Assembly (NCBI GenBank): GCA_965224085.1
Contig: CBDCYI010000004.1
Location: 832,001-896,000 of the forward strand
Direction of reading: 5' to 3'
From: Candidatus Marinacidobacterales bacterium
GTDB lineage: Bacteria > Acidobacteriota > Vicinamibacteria > Marinacidobacterales > SMYC01
Length of the DNA: 64,000 nucleotides
The translations under genes and the position numbers were made by a program. Below the pieces are notes generated by a model. That model was given only the letters and a program-made list of their open reading frames with translations. It did no database searches and was not told the origin of the DNA. Positions 61,895 to 64,000 of this stretch are shown piece by piece; positions within the stretch are counted from its first letter, which is position 1; each line of letters begins with the position of its first letter.

Positions 61895-63346
61895 TCCCGC
61901 CGGATGTTGAATTTGGGGTAGCGGCGGCTCCTTGGCCGGCCTAAGAATAGGTCTGCCAAACAACCGTCTCCAGAGGGGGACAAGGAGCCACCAATGCCTA
62001 GGAAATCAAAGAAGCCAGTAAGAAAGCAAACGCACTCGCCTACGGGCAAGGTAGTTGGCCAAGCCGGTCAGATACTGCTACCGATGATAGCTGGGATCGC
62101 GGCCACGAAGGCGGATCTGACGGAATGGGTGTACGAGCAAGGACTGACAGCTCTGCACCTACTGCTCAGAGAGGACGCCGAGGAGGTCGCGGGGCTCAAG
62201 GGCAAGCACGAGAAGGAGCGAACTCATAACCACTGGGGGAGCACGAACGGAGAGCTGAGCTTCGGTGGTCGTCGCATCCAAGTGTCGCGACCTCGAGTGC
62301 GTTCGAAGTCTGGTGAGGAGGCGTCGCTTCCACACTTCGAAGCCTTCCGCGAAGAAGACCCGCTTCCAGAGCGAGTGTTGAATCAGATCTTGGTGGGGGT
62401 ATCGACCCGAAATTACGAACGGAGTCTGGACAAACCCGCGGCCAAGTTGAAGTCTCGTGGCACGAGCAAGAGTGCCGCCAGCCGTCACCTCGTAAGCCAG
62501 ACGACGAAGAAGCTCGAGCAATACCTGTCTCGGCGGCTAGAGGAGTACGAACTTGCGGCACTGATGATGGATGGCCTTGAGGTGGCCGGCCAGACCGTCG
62601 TCGTAACTCTCGGTATCACAATAGATGGAACGAAGGTGCCCCTGGGTATATGGCTGGGCTCGACGGAAAACTCTCGGGTGTGCACCGCGATGTTGCAGGA
62701 CCTTCTCGAGCGAGGCTTGCGCGTCGATGAGTCGATTCTCTGTGTAGTGGACGGAGGCAAAGGTATCCGCAAGGCACTCGTCGACGTGTTGGGGGATCTC
62801 GCGGTCATCCAAAGGTGCCAGATCCATAAACTCCGAAATCTTCGCTCGTACCTTCCCAAGTCTCGTCACGCCTACGTGCTCCAGACGATGAAGAAAGCCT
62901 ACAAGTGCAAGAGTGCCGACAAGGCGCGCAAGCGACTTCAGGCATTGGTGTCGTGGCTCGAGCGAAACAGCCACGATGAAGCTGCCGGAAGCCTTCGCGA
63001 AGGGATGGAAGAGACGCTCACGGTCGTGAAGCTCGCTCTGCCCGAGTTACTTCGCCAGTCTCTTGCCACGACGAACGCCATTGAGAATCTCAACGGAACC
63101 ATTCGAAGAGTATCGAGAAACGTCAAGCGTTGGAAGAGTCCTTCGATGGTTCGCCGATGGACCGCTCTCGGCGTCGTCACGGCGGAGAAGAAGTTCCGGC
63201 GTATCAAAGGCTATCGCCATATGGGCGCTCTCGTTCACGCGCTTAGAAGCAAACAGAAATCTCTTGACAGCGATGAGTTTGCTGCCTAAGAGTATTCACA
63301 GGTGCCGCCGCTACCCGACCAAATTCAACAGCGGCCGGGACATCCC
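61895..63346 (+). mobile_element. IS256-family element (transposase 61994-63289)
   Basis: GVSTR, MDG, STEN, VDGGKG, QRCQIHK, TTNAIENLN. Inverted ends TGTTGAATTTGG..GTAGCGGCGGC. Confidence 0.92.
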
Positions 63347-63560
63347 CAATCTCCCACCTGCGGATGTGTTGGCTCCGGGCGGCGATGCGCAGTGCTTCGG
63401 GAGCGCGGGAATCGAGCTTCTCGACCCATTCCTGCATCCTCACTCCGTACAGGAGTTCTTTGGGCTGCGCCACACCGTCGACGACCTCGGAGTTCGGGTC
63501 TTCGCCGTTGGCCTCGTCGATGCTCCGGATCGCCCGCTGAAATCGATCTGTGTTACTCAT
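63347..63560 (-). pseudogene. DUF4202-family gene truncated by IS256
   Basis: IDEANGEDPN...PKELLYG.RM...AARSQHIRRWEI, ending at the IS right end. Confidence 0.75.
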
Positions 63561-63619
63561 GAACTCAAGGATACAACCGCGCGGGCCAGCTTGCATCCGA
63601 CCCCATGGACGCGCATGGT

Positions 63620-64000
63620 AATGCACGGACGAAAGGACGTGCGAGCTGGCAACACCACCGACGAATTCGCCGCGCGGCAACGCGAAGCAAACCGGCCGCC
63701 CACGTTCGGCCGCAACACTCTCGGCGCGCTCGTCACCAGCCTCGGGCTAACAGCGACATCAACGGCACCAGCACTCGTCCGGAGATCGCCGCCGTCGACA
63801 CCTATTCCAGGAGCCTGGACGCCCTGATCTCGGCCGGCCGCGTGATCGGATACACTGACGTCGACACCGTGGCGACCAGCGAGGGATTGACGTTCTCGTT
63901 CGAGATGACCGGCCGTGTCTACCAGCAAGGCGAGACGGACATCAACGAATGGTCGATCACTGGCGAGCCAAACCTCAAGCTCTCTAACCCAGCCGTGCCG
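63620..64000 (+). pseudogene. Frameshifted fragment of a DapB-like/diaminopentanoate dehydrogenase-family gene, running off the window
   Basis: GRVIGYTDVDTV...FEMTGRVY..GETDINEWSITGEP. Confidence 0.45.

Noticed and set aside
1-64000. CRISPR array, tRNA or rRNA genes
   Set aside because: No regularly spaced repeats, cloverleaf or rRNA signatures were seen by eye.

Overview
High-GC bacterial chromosomal segment. Remnants of kinase/PD40 genes, DUF1800/DUF1501 and the pilin-ABC locus suggest Acidobacteriota (inference). Housekeeping and envelope genes (aroC, map, fur, kptA/tpt1, dprE1/dprE2-like pair, sigma54-driven type IV pilin locus, aminotransferases) are mixed with many mobile elements: IS5, IS110 plus a remnant, two identical 540-bp IS200 copies, IS1, IS256 and a nested pair of group II introns. 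More than a dozen genes are truncated, internally deleted or rearranged. The most notable item is absent from the ORF track: a 49-aa protein ending in Gly-Gly-Glu (8855-9004, minus), directly upstream of a PafA/Pup-ligase homologue with a transmembrane insertion, followed with no gap by a Tpt1/KptA gene. This suggests a membrane-associated pupylation-like system with no proteasome, ARC or Dop genes in the window. Other highlights: an IS110 whose putative bridge-RNA guides can be read from the sequence, and two genes whose internal blocks are scrambled with little or no loss of sequence.
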